Below, piece after piece: positions 6,798-16,419 of a stretch of 23,864 nucleotides of DNA (its first letter is position 1; every line of letters starts with the position of its first letter). This DNA is from a virus. The notes beneath the pieces are model-generated. The model was not told where the DNA came from. It saw only the letters and a program-made list of their open reading frames with translations, and ran no database searches. Made by a program: the position numbers and the translations under genes. The stretch is taken from the UHGV virus genome UHGV-1462696. One strand, 5' to 3'.

Positions 6798-7493
6798 ATG
6801 AATTTATTTGAGCGTTTGCTGTATCGCCGTCTTTGCAATGAGCAACCAGTCGATGGTGGAGCAGCTCCGGCTGCGTCAGAACCGTCAGCGCCTGCAGGTG
6901 ATAACCCTGCTCCAGTTGGTGATCCATCACAACAGGAAGGTGATAAGCCACAACCTGTTGCTGATGGCGATAAACCTGCTGATGACAAAAAGTCTGAAAA
7001 CGATAAGCAGGATGAAAAAAAGGACGGCGATAAACCAGAGGGTGCGCCTGAGAAGTACGAGTTTCAGGCTGCCGAAGGCGTAGAGCTGGATACAGAAGCG
7101 TTGAAGGAGTTCGAGCCGGTGGCTCGAGAACTAAACCTGACCAACGAGCAAGCGCAAAAGCTGGTTGATGCTTATCCGAAGATTCTGGCAGGTGTTCAGC
7201 AGCGCCAGGCAGAAGCCTGGCAGAAAACAACCGAGCAGTGGGCTGCGGATGTAAAAGCTGACAAAGAAATCGGTGGCGACAAGTTGATTTCTAACCTTAG
7301 CGCCGCACAGCGTGCGCTTGACCAGTTCGGGACACCTGAACTCAAAGAATATCTGAACACCACCGGGCTGGGTAATCACCCTGATCTGGTCAAAACGTTC
7401 GTGAAAATCGGAAAGGCGATGTCTGAAGATGGCATGGTCACCGGTGGTAATGAAGGCCAGCGTAGTGCGGCCGAAGTGCTCTATGGCAAATAA
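6798..7493 (+). CDS. Putative capsid scaffolding protein
   Basis: Acidic, Pro/Ala/Asp/Lys-rich N-terminal half and helical C-terminal half; sits between portal and capsid genes as in T7 (gp9); ATG at 6798 with AGGAG SD preferred over GTG at 6792. Confidence 0.6.
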   Translation: MNLFERLLYRRLCNEQPVDGGAAPAASEPSAPAGDNPAPVGDPSQQEGDKPQPVADGDKPADDKKSENDKQDEKKDGDKPEGAPEKYEFQAAEGVELDTEALKEFEPVARELNLTNEQAQKLVDAYPKILAGVQQRQAEAWQKTTEQWAADVKADKEIGGDKLISNLSAAQRALDQFGTPELKEYLNTTGLGNHPDLVKTFVKIGKAMSEDGMVTGGNEGQRSAAEVLYGK

Positions 7494-7507
7494 GAGAGGA
7501 AATGACA

Positions 7508-8494
7508 ATGGCTGTTAAAGGCTTAACTGCGCTAACGCTGGCTGACTGGGGTAAGCGCGTCGATCCAAACGGGAAAGTCGATAAGATTATCGAGCTTCTC
7601 GGTCAAACTAACCCGATCCTTCAGGATATGCCTTTTGTCGAAGGGAACCTTCCTACCGGACACCGAACCACCATTCGTTCTGGTTTACCTTCAGCTACCT
7701 GGCGTTTGCTGAACTATGGTGTACAGCCAAGCAAATCAACCACAGTGCAGGTCACCGATTCCGTTGGCATGCTGGAAACCTATGCTGAAGTCGATAAGTC
7801 ACTGGCTGATTTGAACGGCAATACCGCCGAATTCCGCCTGTCTGAAGACCGCGCATTTATTGAAGCGATGAATCAGCAGATGGCGCAGACGCTGTTTTAT
7901 GGTGATTCCAGCGTTAACCCTCAGCAGTTTATGGGACTGTCCTCCCGCTATTCCAGCCTGTCTGCGGGTAATGCTCAGAACATCATTGATGCTGGTGGCA
8001 CGGGTACAGATAACACCTCAATCTGGTTAGTGGTGTGGGGCGAAAACACCGTGCATGGCATCTTCCCGAAAGGGCAGAAGGCTGGCATCCAGATGGAAGA
8101 TAAAGGCCAGGTGACACTGGAAGATGCTAATGGCGGCAAGTACGAAGGCTATCGCACCCATTACAAATGGGACAACGGACTTGCTCTGCGTGACTGGCGT
8201 TATGTTGTTCGCATTGCAAACATCGATGTCAGCAATCTTTCAGAACCTTCCTCAGCCGCAAATATTGCGAAGTTGATGGTTAAAGCACTGCATCGCATTC
8301 CAAACCGTGGCATGGGTCGCCCGGTGTTCTACATGAACCGCACTGTAGGCCAGGCTCTTGATCTGCAATCTCTGGAGAAAACATCTCTGGCGATCAGCGT
8401 AAAAGAGACAGAAGGCGAGTGGTGGACTTCATTCCGTGGTGTACCAATCCGTGAAACTGATGCGCTTCTGGAAACAGAAGCCCGCGTGGTGTAA
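7508..8494 (+). CDS. Putative major capsid protein
   Basis: About 328 aa directly after the scaffold gene; size and position as for T7 gp10; ATG at 7508 has better SD spacing than 7502. Fold not verifiable without search. Confidence 0.6.
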   Translation: MAVKGLTALTLADWGKRVDPNGKVDKIIELLGQTNPILQDMPFVEGNLPTGHRTTIRSGLPSATWRLLNYGVQPSKSTTVQVTDSVGMLETYAEVDKSLADLNGNTAEFRLSEDRAFIEAMNQQMAQTLFYGDSSVNPQQFMGLSSRYSSLSAGNAQNIIDAGGTGTDNTSIWLVVWGENTVHGIFPKGQKAGIQMEDKGQVTLEDANGGKYEGYRTHYKWDNGLALRDWRYVVRIANIDVSNLSEPSSAANIAKLMVKALHRIPNRGMGRPVFYMNRTVGQALDLQSLEKTSLAISVKETEGEWWTSFRGVPIRETDALLETEARVV

Positions 8495-8545
8495 CGCCTG
8501 TTATTAACCTGTGGGTCGTAACAGACCCACTAATGGAGAAAGAAG

Positions 8546-8992
8546 ATGATCACCGACAAACTGTTGATGTTCTCCGAAGCTCAGGCGGTTACGAATACCG
8601 CGGCTTCTACTGACGTAATCGATCTCGGTCCAATTGACGGAAAGCGTCGTGATATCGGCGTTGGTTACCCGCTTGAGTTTTGGGCGCTGGTTAACACAGC
8701 CGCCGCGGCAAGCGGTGATGCAACTGTAAACATCCAGTTGCAGACGAGTGAGAATAACAGCTCATGGACCACTATTTATGATAGTGGCGCACTGGCAAAG
8801 ACCGCCCTGACAGCAGGTAAACGAGTTGTTTCTGCAAAGGTGCCTGCCGGTGTTCAGCGATATCTGCGTGTTAACTACTCCGTCGCAACTGGCCCACTAA
8901 CGGCTGGCGAATTCACTGCTGGTATCAGTCTTGATGTTGATGCCAATACGCCGTATACGCCGTATCCGATCCGCTCAAAAGTAACTGGTTAA
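8546..8992 (+). CDS. Hypothetical head-associated protein (148 aa)
   Basis: GGAG SD; in structural operon after the capsid gene; Thr/Ala/Gly-rich. Confidence 0.5.
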   Translation: MITDKLLMFSEAQAVTNTAASTDVIDLGPIDGKRRDIGVGYPLEFWALVNTAAAASGDATVNIQLQTSENNSSWTTIYDSGALAKTALTAGKRVVSAKVPAGVQRYLRVNYSVATGPLTAGEFTAGISLDVDANTPYTPYPIRSKVTG

Positions 8993-9002
8993 GGTGATAT
9001 CG

Positions 9003-9338
9003 ATGTCAGGTGAGAAACCAAGATACCGCGTTCTGCGCCTCTCTCATATCCATAACACTCTGTGGCCGGAGGGGGCAGAAATCGAATACGAAGGTGAGCC
9101 TGGTAGCGCACTGGAACCTGTTAACGATGCAGCCAGACAGGCAAAAGCAAAAGTTGCAGGAAAGGTGTCAATGGCAGCAACCAGCACCAAAATCATCAAC
9201 GATGTGTCAGATGATGGTGAACTGGATAAGCTCCGTGAAGAGTACGAATTGCTCTTTAACGAGAAGCCACACCATAACGCCAAAGCCGAAACGCTCCGCG
9301 AGAAGATCGCAGATAAGCGTAAAGAACTGGGCGTGTAA
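9003..9338 (+). CDS. Hypothetical structural-module protein (111 aa)
   Basis: ATG at 9003 with AAGGTGA SD; the track ORF starts at GTG 8994. Confidence 0.5.
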   Translation: MSGEKPRYRVLRLSHIHNTLWPEGAEIEYEGEPGSALEPVNDAARQAKAKVAGKVSMAATSTKIINDVSDDGELDKLREEYELLFNEKPHHNAKAETLREKIADKRKELGV

Positions 9339-9355
9339 GCCTCGCGAATCAGACA

Positions 9356-9376
9356 AGGGGCTTCGGCCCCTTTATT
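9356..9376 (+). terminator. Intrinsic terminator (AGGGGC-ttcg-GCCCCT followed by TTATT) after the capsid gene block
   Basis: Read directly; analogous in position to the terminator after T7 gene 10. Confidence 0.6.
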
Positions 9377-9388
9377 GCAGGAGTGTAT

Positions 9389-9712
9389 ATGGAACTCGTA
9401 AACCTCAAAACAGGCACTGACAGCTACCAGGATGAGAGCGGAGAAACCAGAACTCGCGATGAATACCCGTGGGGGCTGTGCATCACGCTGAATAACGACA
9501 CATTGAATAAGCTGAAGGCGCAACCTCAGGGCGTCGGAACAGAAGTGATGATAACTGCAAAGGCTGTTATTCGAGGCCTGTCTGCCAGAGAAACTGACGA
9601 TGGTGTTAATCGCAGCGCCGATCTGCAGATCACTGATATGGCTATCGCTCCTGTTTCCGGTGATGTAGGAAAATCAGCGGCTGAAACTCTGTACGGCAAT
9701 GGGGGGGAGTAA
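9389..9712 (+). CDS. Hypothetical small virion protein (107 aa)
   Basis: ATG at 9389 with AGGAG SD 6 nt upstream; TAATG overlap with the next gene. Confidence 0.5.
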   Translation: MELVNLKTGTDSYQDESGETRTRDEYPWGLCITLNNDTLNKLKAQPQGVGTEVMITAKAVIRGLSARETDDGVNRSADLQITDMAIAPVSGDVGKSAAETLYGNGGE

Positions 9713-10317
9713 TGGCCTCTGTAGTAGAGATCTGCAATCGCGCGCTGTCCAATATTGGCAATAGCCGCAGCATTAACAGCCTGACGGAAGCCAGCAAGGA
9801 AGCGGGGGAATGTTCGCTGCATTTCGATGCCTGTCGTGATGCTGTGCTTTCTGATTTTGACTGGAACTTTGCTACCAAACGCGTGGCGCTTGCAGATACG
9901 AGCAATCCACCGCCTGACTGGGCGTATGCGTATCAGTACCCGTCTGATTGCCTGCGCATCACTGAAATCATGCTTCCCGGTGTTCGCAATCCAACAGCAG
10001 CAATGCGCGTTCAGTACGAAGTTGGTGCAGACACCGACGGAACAGGAAAGTTGATCTACACAGACCAGCCGCAGGCATGGCTCAAGTATGTCTCTCGCGT
10101 TTCAGATGTGAACATGTTTGATGCCATTTTTATGGAGGCGTTGGCCTGGCGTCTTGCGGCAGCTATTAACATGGCGCTGACTGGGAATGCAGACCTCGGT
10201 ACGTTTGCCCTCAATATGTACAATCGCGTGATTCTTAGTGCTGGCTCGCATAGCCAGAATGAATCACAGGAACCACAGCCACCGGTTGACGAGTTTACCA
10301 TTGCGAGGTTGTCCTGA
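9712..10317 (+). CDS. Tail tubular protein A / adaptor (T7 gp11-like)
   Basis: 201 aa (T7 gp11 is 196 aa); N-terminal NRALSNIGNSRSINSLTE and DFDWNFA resemble T7 gp11 NDILASIGEPPVSTLE and RGWTFN as recalled; position directly before a gp12-sized gene. Confidence 0.55.
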   Translation: MASVVEICNRALSNIGNSRSINSLTEASKEAGECSLHFDACRDAVLSDFDWNFATKRVALADTSNPPPDWAYAYQYPSDCLRITEIMLPGVRNPTAAMRVQYEVGADTDGTGKLIYTDQPQAWLKYVSRVSDVNMFDAIFMEALAWRLAAAINMALTGNADLGTFALNMYNRVILSAGSHSQNESQEPQPPVDEFTIARLS

Positions 10318-12788
10318 TGGCTATCAGTTGGATCCAGCCCAGCTTTGCCGGTGGTGAGATTGGACCGTCGTTGTACGGTCGTATCGACATGGCGAAGTAC
10401 CAGGTGGCATTGCGCAAGTGCGATAACTTTATCGTGCGGCAGTATGGCGGCGTTGAGAATCGACCTGGTACGCGTTTTGTCGGTGCCGCCAAATACCCAA
10501 ATCGGAAATGCCGCCTGATCCCGTTCCAGTTCTCGACGGTTCAGACTTATGCTCTGGAGTTCGGACACCAGTACATGCGCGTTATCAAAGATGGTGCGTT
10601 GGTGCTGAACAGCAGCAATGTTATTTATGAAATTGCCACGCCATATACTGAAGCCGATCTGTTCCGAATTAAATTCACGCAAAGCGCAGACGTGCTTACG
10701 CTGGTTCATCCGGCATACCCGCCGAAAGAGTTGCGCCGCTATGCGCATGACAACTGGCAACTGGTTGATGTGGTAACGAAGAACGGGCCATTTGAAGATA
10801 TCAATATTGACGAGTCAGTGACGGTTTATGCCAGCGCCAGCACCGGGACAATTACGTTAACGGCAAACGCCTCTATTTTTGGCGCGGAGCAGGTAGGCAA
10901 ATTGTTCTATCTGGAACAGCCTGCAGTGGATTCAGTGCCGGTATGGGAAACCAGTAAGAGTACGTCGATTGGCGATATTCGCCGTGCAGACAGTAACTAC
11001 TATCGCGCCGTTACAGCAGGCAAAACAGGCACTTTGCGCCCTTCGCATACAGAAGGCACATCATGGGATGGCTGGGGCGGATCCGGTGATGATGATACCG
11101 GCATTGAGTGGGAGTATCTGCACAGTGGTTTTGGCATTGCCCGTATCTCTGCTGCAAATGGAACTACTGCAACTGCCGAGGTGATTTCCTATATCCCTTC
11201 GCAGGTCGTTGGCGAGGATAATGCCAGCTATAAATGGGCTAAATATGCCTGGAACAGTGTTAATGGTTATCCTGGCACTGTTGTTTATTATCAACAACGT
11301 CTTTACTTCGCCGCATCGACTGCGTTCCCTCAGACTATCTGGGCCAGCCGTACCGGGGATTATAAGGATTTTGGCAAAAGCAATCCTACGCAGGATGACG
11401 ACAGAATTATCTACACCTATGCCGGGCGTCAGGTTAATGAGATCCGCCACCTGATTGATGTCGGTTCGCTGGTGGCACTGACTTCCGGAGGTGAGTACGT
11501 CATCACCGGCGACCAGAACAAAGTGTTAACCCCATCATCATTTGCATTCAGCTCTCAGGGATCAAATGGCTCGAGCAATGTCCCACCAATTGCCGTGGCG
11601 AATATTGCTCTGTTCGTCCAGGAGAAAGGCAGTGTTGTCCGTGATCTGGCCTACTCATTCGATGTTGACGGCTATCAGGGGAACGACCTGACCATCCTTG
11701 CCAATCATCTTTTTCAGAAGCACAGCATTGTTGACTGGTGCTTCTCTATTGTCCCTTACTCCAGCGCCTTCTGCATTCGTGATGACGGTAAATTACTGGT
11801 GATGACCTATTTGCGTGATCAGCAGGTTTTTGCATGGGCACCACAATCCAGTACCGGAAAATATGAAAGCACATGCAGTATCAGCGAAGGCAATGAAGAT
11901 GCGGTGTATTTCGTCGTTAACCGAACCGTTAACGGGCAAACAGCGAGATACATCGAGAGACTGTCCAGCCGTTTATTTACCAGCGATGAAGATGCTTTCT
12001 TTGTTGATTCTGGCCTTAGCTATGATGGAAGAAATACGTCTGACAGAACGATGACCATCACTGGTGGTTCTGGTGAATGGGATTACCGTGCGGAATATAC
12101 AATCAGTGTTTCTGGTGGTGCGTACTTCACCAGTAGTGATGTCGGCGCGCAACTACAGTTCCCTTATACCGGAACTGTTCCTGATACTGGCGATGAAGTG
12201 TCAAAAGAATTACGTTGCGACATTATTTCTGTAACCAGCAATACCGCTGTAGTGGTTCGTCCTAACAGGAACATCCCGCCATCCCTCAGGAATGTGGCCA
12301 CCACGAACTGGCAGATGGCGCGCCGGACATTTGGCGGCTTGTCTCATCTTGAAGGTCAGACCGTAAACATCCTCTCTGATGCGAACGTGGAACCACAGAA
12401 AGTTGTTTCCGGAGGTGCCGTCACGCTGGAATCTCCGGGGGCTGTAGTGCACATCGGTCTGCCAATAACTGCTGAATTCGAAACACTGGATATCAACATT
12501 AACGGACAGGAAACGCTGCTGGACAAAAAACAGGTGATCCCCTCCGTTACTCTGGTTGTGAATGCCAGTCGCGGCATCTGGGCGACTACGCCCGGCGGTA
12601 AATGGTACGAATATCCACAGCGTGAATTCGAGTTCTACGATGATCCTGTTGATGATGCTACCGGAAAAGTAGAAGTGAAACTTGACAGTAACTGGGGCAA
12701 AAACGGACGTGTAAAAATCCGTCAGCTTGACCCGTTGCCGCTGTCTGTTCTTGCCGTTATTCCTCGCCTTACTGTTGGGGGATTCTGA
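10317..12788 (+). CDS. Tail tubular protein B / nozzle (T7 gp12-like)
   Basis: 823 aa (T7 gp12 is 794 aa); N-terminal pattern I-x-P-x-F-A-G-G-E-I-G-P ... RPG resembles the gp12 N-terminus; order and overlapping start codon. Confidence 0.5.
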   Translation: MAISWIQPSFAGGEIGPSLYGRIDMAKYQVALRKCDNFIVRQYGGVENRPGTRFVGAAKYPNRKCRLIPFQFSTVQTYALEFGHQYMRVIKDGALVLNSSNVIYEIATPYTEADLFRIKFTQSADVLTLVHPAYPPKELRRYAHDNWQLVDVVTKNGPFEDINIDESVTVYASASTGTITLTANASIFGAEQVGKLFYLEQPAVDSVPVWETSKSTSIGDIRRADSNYYRAVTAGKTGTLRPSHTEGTSWDGWGGSGDDDTGIEWEYLHSGFGIARISAANGTTATAEVISYIPSQVVGEDNASYKWAKYAWNSVNGYPGTVVYYQQRLYFAASTAFPQTIWASRTGDYKDFGKSNPTQDDDRIIYTYAGRQVNEIRHLIDVGSLVALTSGGEYVITGDQNKVLTPSSFAFSSQGSNGSSNVPPIAVANIALFVQEKGSVVRDLAYSFDVDGYQGNDLTILANHLFQKHSIVDWCFSIVPYSSAFCIRDDGKLLVMTYLRDQQVFAWAPQSSTGKYESTCSISEGNEDAVYFVVNRTVNGQTARYIERLSSRLFTSDEDAFFVDSGLSYDGRNTSDRTMTITGGSGEWDYRAEYTISVSGGAYFTSSDVGAQLQFPYTGTVPDTGDEVSKELRCDIISVTSNTAVVVRPNRNIPPSLRNVATTNWQMARRTFGGLSHLEGQTVNILSDANVEPQKVVSGGAVTLESPGAVVHIGLPITAEFETLDININGQETLLDKKQVIPSVTLVVNASRGIWATTPGGKWYEYPQREFEFYDDPVDDATGKVEVKLDSNWGKNGRVKIRQLDPLPLSVLAVIPRLTVGGF

Positions 12789-13252
12789 TGATCGATGTTC
12801 GAATTATTCCCGCCACCGAAGAGCATCTTCAGATGATTTTGCCGGATGTTCGTCAGGCTGATATTGACGAACTGTATGCGGTATCGCTGATGACTACCGA
12901 AGATGCGCTGCGTGTTGGTCTTCGCACTGCGACTATGGCCTGGTCAGGGTTCGCAAACGGAGAACTGGTAACCATGTTTGGTGTATCTCCGGCGTCAATG
13001 ATCGGTGGCAATGGTACGCCCTGGCTGGTCGGGACCAGCCGTATTGAAAAATATCAGAAGACATTTCTGCGCCACTGCCGCCCTGTATTGCAGCAGATGC
13101 TGGCAGTTTATCCGCGCCTGGAAAACTATGTCGATGAGCGAAACCATGTTGCCAAAGCATGGCTGCACTGGCTTGGATTCAGGCTTGAAGAAGCCGCGCC
13201 TTATGGTGCACTTGGTCTTAATTTCCACAGATTTCACATGGAGAGAAAATAA
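12788..13252 (+). CDS. Hypothetical virion-module protein (154 aa)
   Basis: TGATG overlap with upstream gene; position corresponds to T7 gp13. Confidence 0.45.
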   Translation: MIDVRIIPATEEHLQMILPDVRQADIDELYAVSLMTTEDALRVGLRTATMAWSGFANGELVTMFGVSPASMIGGNGTPWLVGTSRIEKYQKTFLRHCRPVLQQMLAVYPRLENYVDERNHVAKAWLHWLGFRLEEAAPYGALGLNFHRFHMERK

Positions 13253-13797
13253 TGTGCGATCCGGTTATTGCTGGTGGCGCAATGCTCGCCATGAGTGGCA
13301 TTCAGGCATACACCCAGTACCAACAGGGAAAGTATGCCTCGAAGGTTGCAGAAGCGAACGCAGATATAGCCACAGCTCAGGCAAATGATGCAATAAACAG
13401 GGGTAACGCTGAAGCTGAGCAACGGCGCAGAGAGACCCGACAGCGGCTTGGTACACAGGCGGCGACAATGGGGGCTACCGGCTCTGATTTATCTACAGGT
13501 AACGCGCTGGATATATTTGGCGACACTGCCCAGTTTGGCGCTCTTGATTCGCTGACGACGGTGAATAACGCGCAACGCGAGGCTTACGGTTATCAGGTTC
13601 AGGCTGCCAACTATAAAGCAGAAGCCAGTTCAGCCCGTAAACAGGGGAATGTGGGAGCAGCAACAACATTGCTCACTGCGCCTCTGAAGGCATACGGTGC
13701 GTACCAGATGTTTGGTGGGACGTGGAGTCCGTTTACTCAAAGCACCCCCGCGCCAATCAGGGCAGCAGCAGGAACCAGATTACCCGGAGGATTATAA
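13252..13797 (+). CDS. Putative internal virion protein (181 aa, Ala/Gln/Gly-rich)
   Basis: Position corresponds to T7 gp14; TAATG overlap with the next gene. Confidence 0.45.
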   Translation: MCDPVIAGGAMLAMSGIQAYTQYQQGKYASKVAEANADIATAQANDAINRGNAEAEQRRRETRQRLGTQAATMGATGSDLSTGNALDIFGDTAQFGALDSLTTVNNAQREAYGYQVQAANYKAEASSARKQGNVGAATTLLTAPLKAYGAYQMFGGTWSPFTQSTPAPIRAAAGTRLPGGL

Positions 13798-16418
13798 TGC
13801 CAGTCGTACCAACAGTATCCGGACGTCAGGTTGAGAGCCGTGGAGTTCAGTCAGCAGGCTTGCAGACGTTTTCTCAGCCAGGTATTGGTGATGCTTTTGT
13901 TCTGGCAGGGACAGAGGCAATTGATGTTCTGGGTCAGGCAAAACAGCGCGCCAATATTGCCTTGGTTCAGGAGGCATCCCTTAAACTCAGTCAGACAGGC
14001 AGTGATCTGCTGAATAATCCTGAAACAGGATTGCTTAACCTGAAAGGGAAAAATGCTATTGGAAAAGGTCAGGAGTATACGCAGCAGTTTGATGCCCAGG
14101 TCGAGCAACTGGCTATGTCGCTGCCGGATGAACAGGCTCGTAATGCTTTCATGCAGCAGGCGCAGCAGCAGCGCATTCAGTTCACTACGCAGGCCGGGAG
14201 GTACGAAATAGGACAGGTTCGCCAGTATGAGGCGGATATGCAGGATGCGACACTAAAAAACCTATCGATGCAGTTCCGTAACCCGACAATGGCAAACCAG
14301 GCAGGATTGAAGGCATATCATAGCATCATCGCTTACGGCGAAGCCCACGGCCAGAGTCAGGAAGAGATCGAACAGAACTGGGTTTCGTGGCGCGAGAATG
14401 CCGCGAACGGTGCGGCGGAGGCGTGGTATGTGCCGATGTATCAACAGATGATGGGTCCGAACGGCAAGATTGAGGTAACCGATACACCGAGTGAGGCGCA
14501 GTTATTCTCTGCAATAATCTGGCAGGAGAGTGGCGGAAATCAGTACGGAAAGGACGGAACACCTCTGGTGTCGCCAAAAGGCGCTGTTGGCGTAGCGCAG
14601 GTGACGGAAGATACTGGCCCCGAAGCTGCCCGCCTTGCTGGCGTGCCGTGGGACCGCGATAAATGGTTGAATGACCCGCGCTATAATGCCCGCTTGGGGC
14701 AAGCTTATTTCGGCGCGCAGATGAAGAAATACGACAATAACCCGGTTCTGGCAGTAGCTGCCTATAACGCTGGCCCAGGAAAGGTTGACGGCTGGATTAA
14801 ACAGATTGGCGACCCGCGCACAGGCGAAGTCAGTAACGCCCAGTTTGCCGCAGCTATCCCATACGACGAGACGCGCAATTATGTGGCAAAAGTAACTGGC
14901 AGTGCTGGAGCTATTCCTGGATCTGCGACGATGGAAAACCTCATCGCACAGCCATTCTGGAACGCCATGAGTCCGGACAAAAAGTCGCAGATGATGAGCA
15001 AGGTTGCTGGCATGTACGACATGCAGGCTTCAGCCGGTCGCGTTGCGCTACAGAGTCGAATGCAGGACGACCTATCCAAAATTGAGGCCGGTAAGCAGGT
15101 GACGCCTATTTCAGCGCACGAATGGGCCGCCGTTATGCCGCTTCAGGCAGCGCCTGCCGAGCGCCTGCAGATGGAAAAAACCTTCCAGCAATACCAGCAG
15201 GCAATGACGCTACAACCTGTTTATCAGACCATTATGCAGGGCAACGTCCAGCAGGGTACCGCCGCCGTGCAGGCAATGGCACCGCAGGAAAACGACCCTG
15301 ACTTTAAATACAAAGCAGAGCTTTATGCATCGGCAAAGGTCAAGCTTGGGCAGGTACTGAAGGCGCGGGAAGCGGATCCGGGGGCATGGCTGCAACAAAA
15401 CTCTCCGGTTGTGCAGGCTGCATTCCAGCAGTACCTGAATGACCCTTCATCTGGTGAATACCTAGTTTCCCGAATACAGTCTGAAAAAGACCGCCTGGGG
15501 ATAATGAGCAAAAAAGTTTTACCGGAGTCCATGGTCAATGATGTACTGCAGCGTATTGACAACACGCAGGAATCTAGCGTAAAGGCCATTCAGTCGGTGG
15601 CGCAGTCGTTCGGCAAATACTCGGATCAGGTGATGCAGCAGGTTCAGAAGAGCGCTTATCCTGCGTTGCAGGTTGTCATGGCTACCGAGAACCCGCGCGC
15701 GGCAAATGCGCTCTGGCAAAACCGTAGCGTTAAAACTGCTGACTTACGCGGCAGTCTTGAGAAAACCGACGCGGATAGCGCCGACTCGTCATGGAATGAC
15801 CAATCGAAAGATTTTGCTGGCACGATGGTTGTTCAGCCTGGTGGCACTGCCGTGTGGAATAACTTCAACGAGCAGGGAAAACGACTTACTTACATCAACA
15901 TGCAGCGCGGAATGTCGGCGTCTGATGCAGCAAAACAGGCGTATCAGGACATCCTCGGCGAGCAGTACCAGACCAATGGCACTTGGCGGCTACCTAAGCG
16001 TGCAGGGATAGATATTCGTGACGTTAACGATGGTGCCAATGCGTATCTGAAAAACCTGTCAGCAGATCAGATTATGCCGCTTATTGGTGACCCAAGGCTA
16101 CCTGATGAGGTCAACCGTGAGCAGAGTATCTCCCGCATTCGTGATAATGCGCAGTGGGTTACCAACAGCGACGAAACAGGACTTACCCTGATGCTCAACG
16201 GGCTGATCGTCAACGGTGCCGACGGCAACCCGATTACGGTGCCGTTCAACGATCTGGCGAAACTGGGAACAACCAACCGATCAGTATGGAACAGCATTAC
16301 CAAGTTCATTGATACTCCGGTGAAATATACTCCCGGACAGTCTAAGGAATACAGCGCAGAAAGTCAGCGCGACAACCTGATTAACATTTTCCAGAACGGC
16401 CAGCAATCAGGACGATAA
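13797..16418 (+). CDS. Internal virion protein with lytic transglycosylase (SLT) domain
   Basis: SLT catalytic signature EAQLFSAIIWQESGGNQYG ... VGVAQV ... AAYNAGPGKV read directly; ATG at 13797 with GGAGG SD is the likely start, so the track ORF from 13722 overlaps the upstream gene. Confidence 0.8.
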   Translation: MPVVPTVSGRQVESRGVQSAGLQTFSQPGIGDAFVLAGTEAIDVLGQAKQRANIALVQEASLKLSQTGSDLLNNPETGLLNLKGKNAIGKGQEYTQQFDAQVEQLAMSLPDEQARNAFMQQAQQQRIQFTTQAGRYEIGQVRQYEADMQDATLKNLSMQFRNPTMANQAGLKAYHSIIAYGEAHGQSQEEIEQNWVSWRENAANGAAEAWYVPMYQQMMGPNGKIEVTDTPSEAQLFSAIIWQESGGNQYGKDGTPLVSPKGAVGVAQVTEDTGPEAARLAGVPWDRDKWLNDPRYNARLGQAYFGAQMKKYDNNPVLAVAAYNAGPGKVDGWIKQIGDPRTGEVSNAQFAAAIPYDETRNYVAKVTGSAGAIPGSATMENLIAQPFWNAMSPDKKSQMMSKVAGMYDMQASAGRVALQSRMQDDLSKIEAGKQVTPISAHEWAAVMPLQAAPAERLQMEKTFQQYQQAMTLQPVYQTIMQGNVQQGTAAVQAMAPQENDPDFKYKAELYASAKVKLGQVLKAREADPGAWLQQNSPVVQAAFQQYLNDPSSGEYLVSRIQSEKDRLGIMSKKVLPESMVNDVLQRIDNTQESSVKAIQSVAQSFGKYSDQVMQQVQKSAYPALQVVMATENPRAANALWQNRSVKTADLRGSLEKTDADSADSSWNDQSKDFAGTMVVQPGGTAVWNNFNEQGKRLTYINMQRGMSASDAAKQAYQDILGEQYQTNGTWRLPKRAGIDIRDVNDGANAYLKNLSADQIMPLIGDPRLPDEVNREQSISRIRDNAQWVTNSDETGLTLMLNGLIVNGADGNPITVPFNDLAKLGTTNRSVWNSITKFIDTPVKYTPGQSKEYSAESQRDNLINIFQNGQQSGR

Positions 16419-16419
16419 C

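Noticed and set aside
10056-10760. 234-aa minus-strand ORF inside the gp11/gp12-like genes
   Set aside because: Antisense to tightly packed, translationally coupled structural genes; no RBS; typical shadow ORF.
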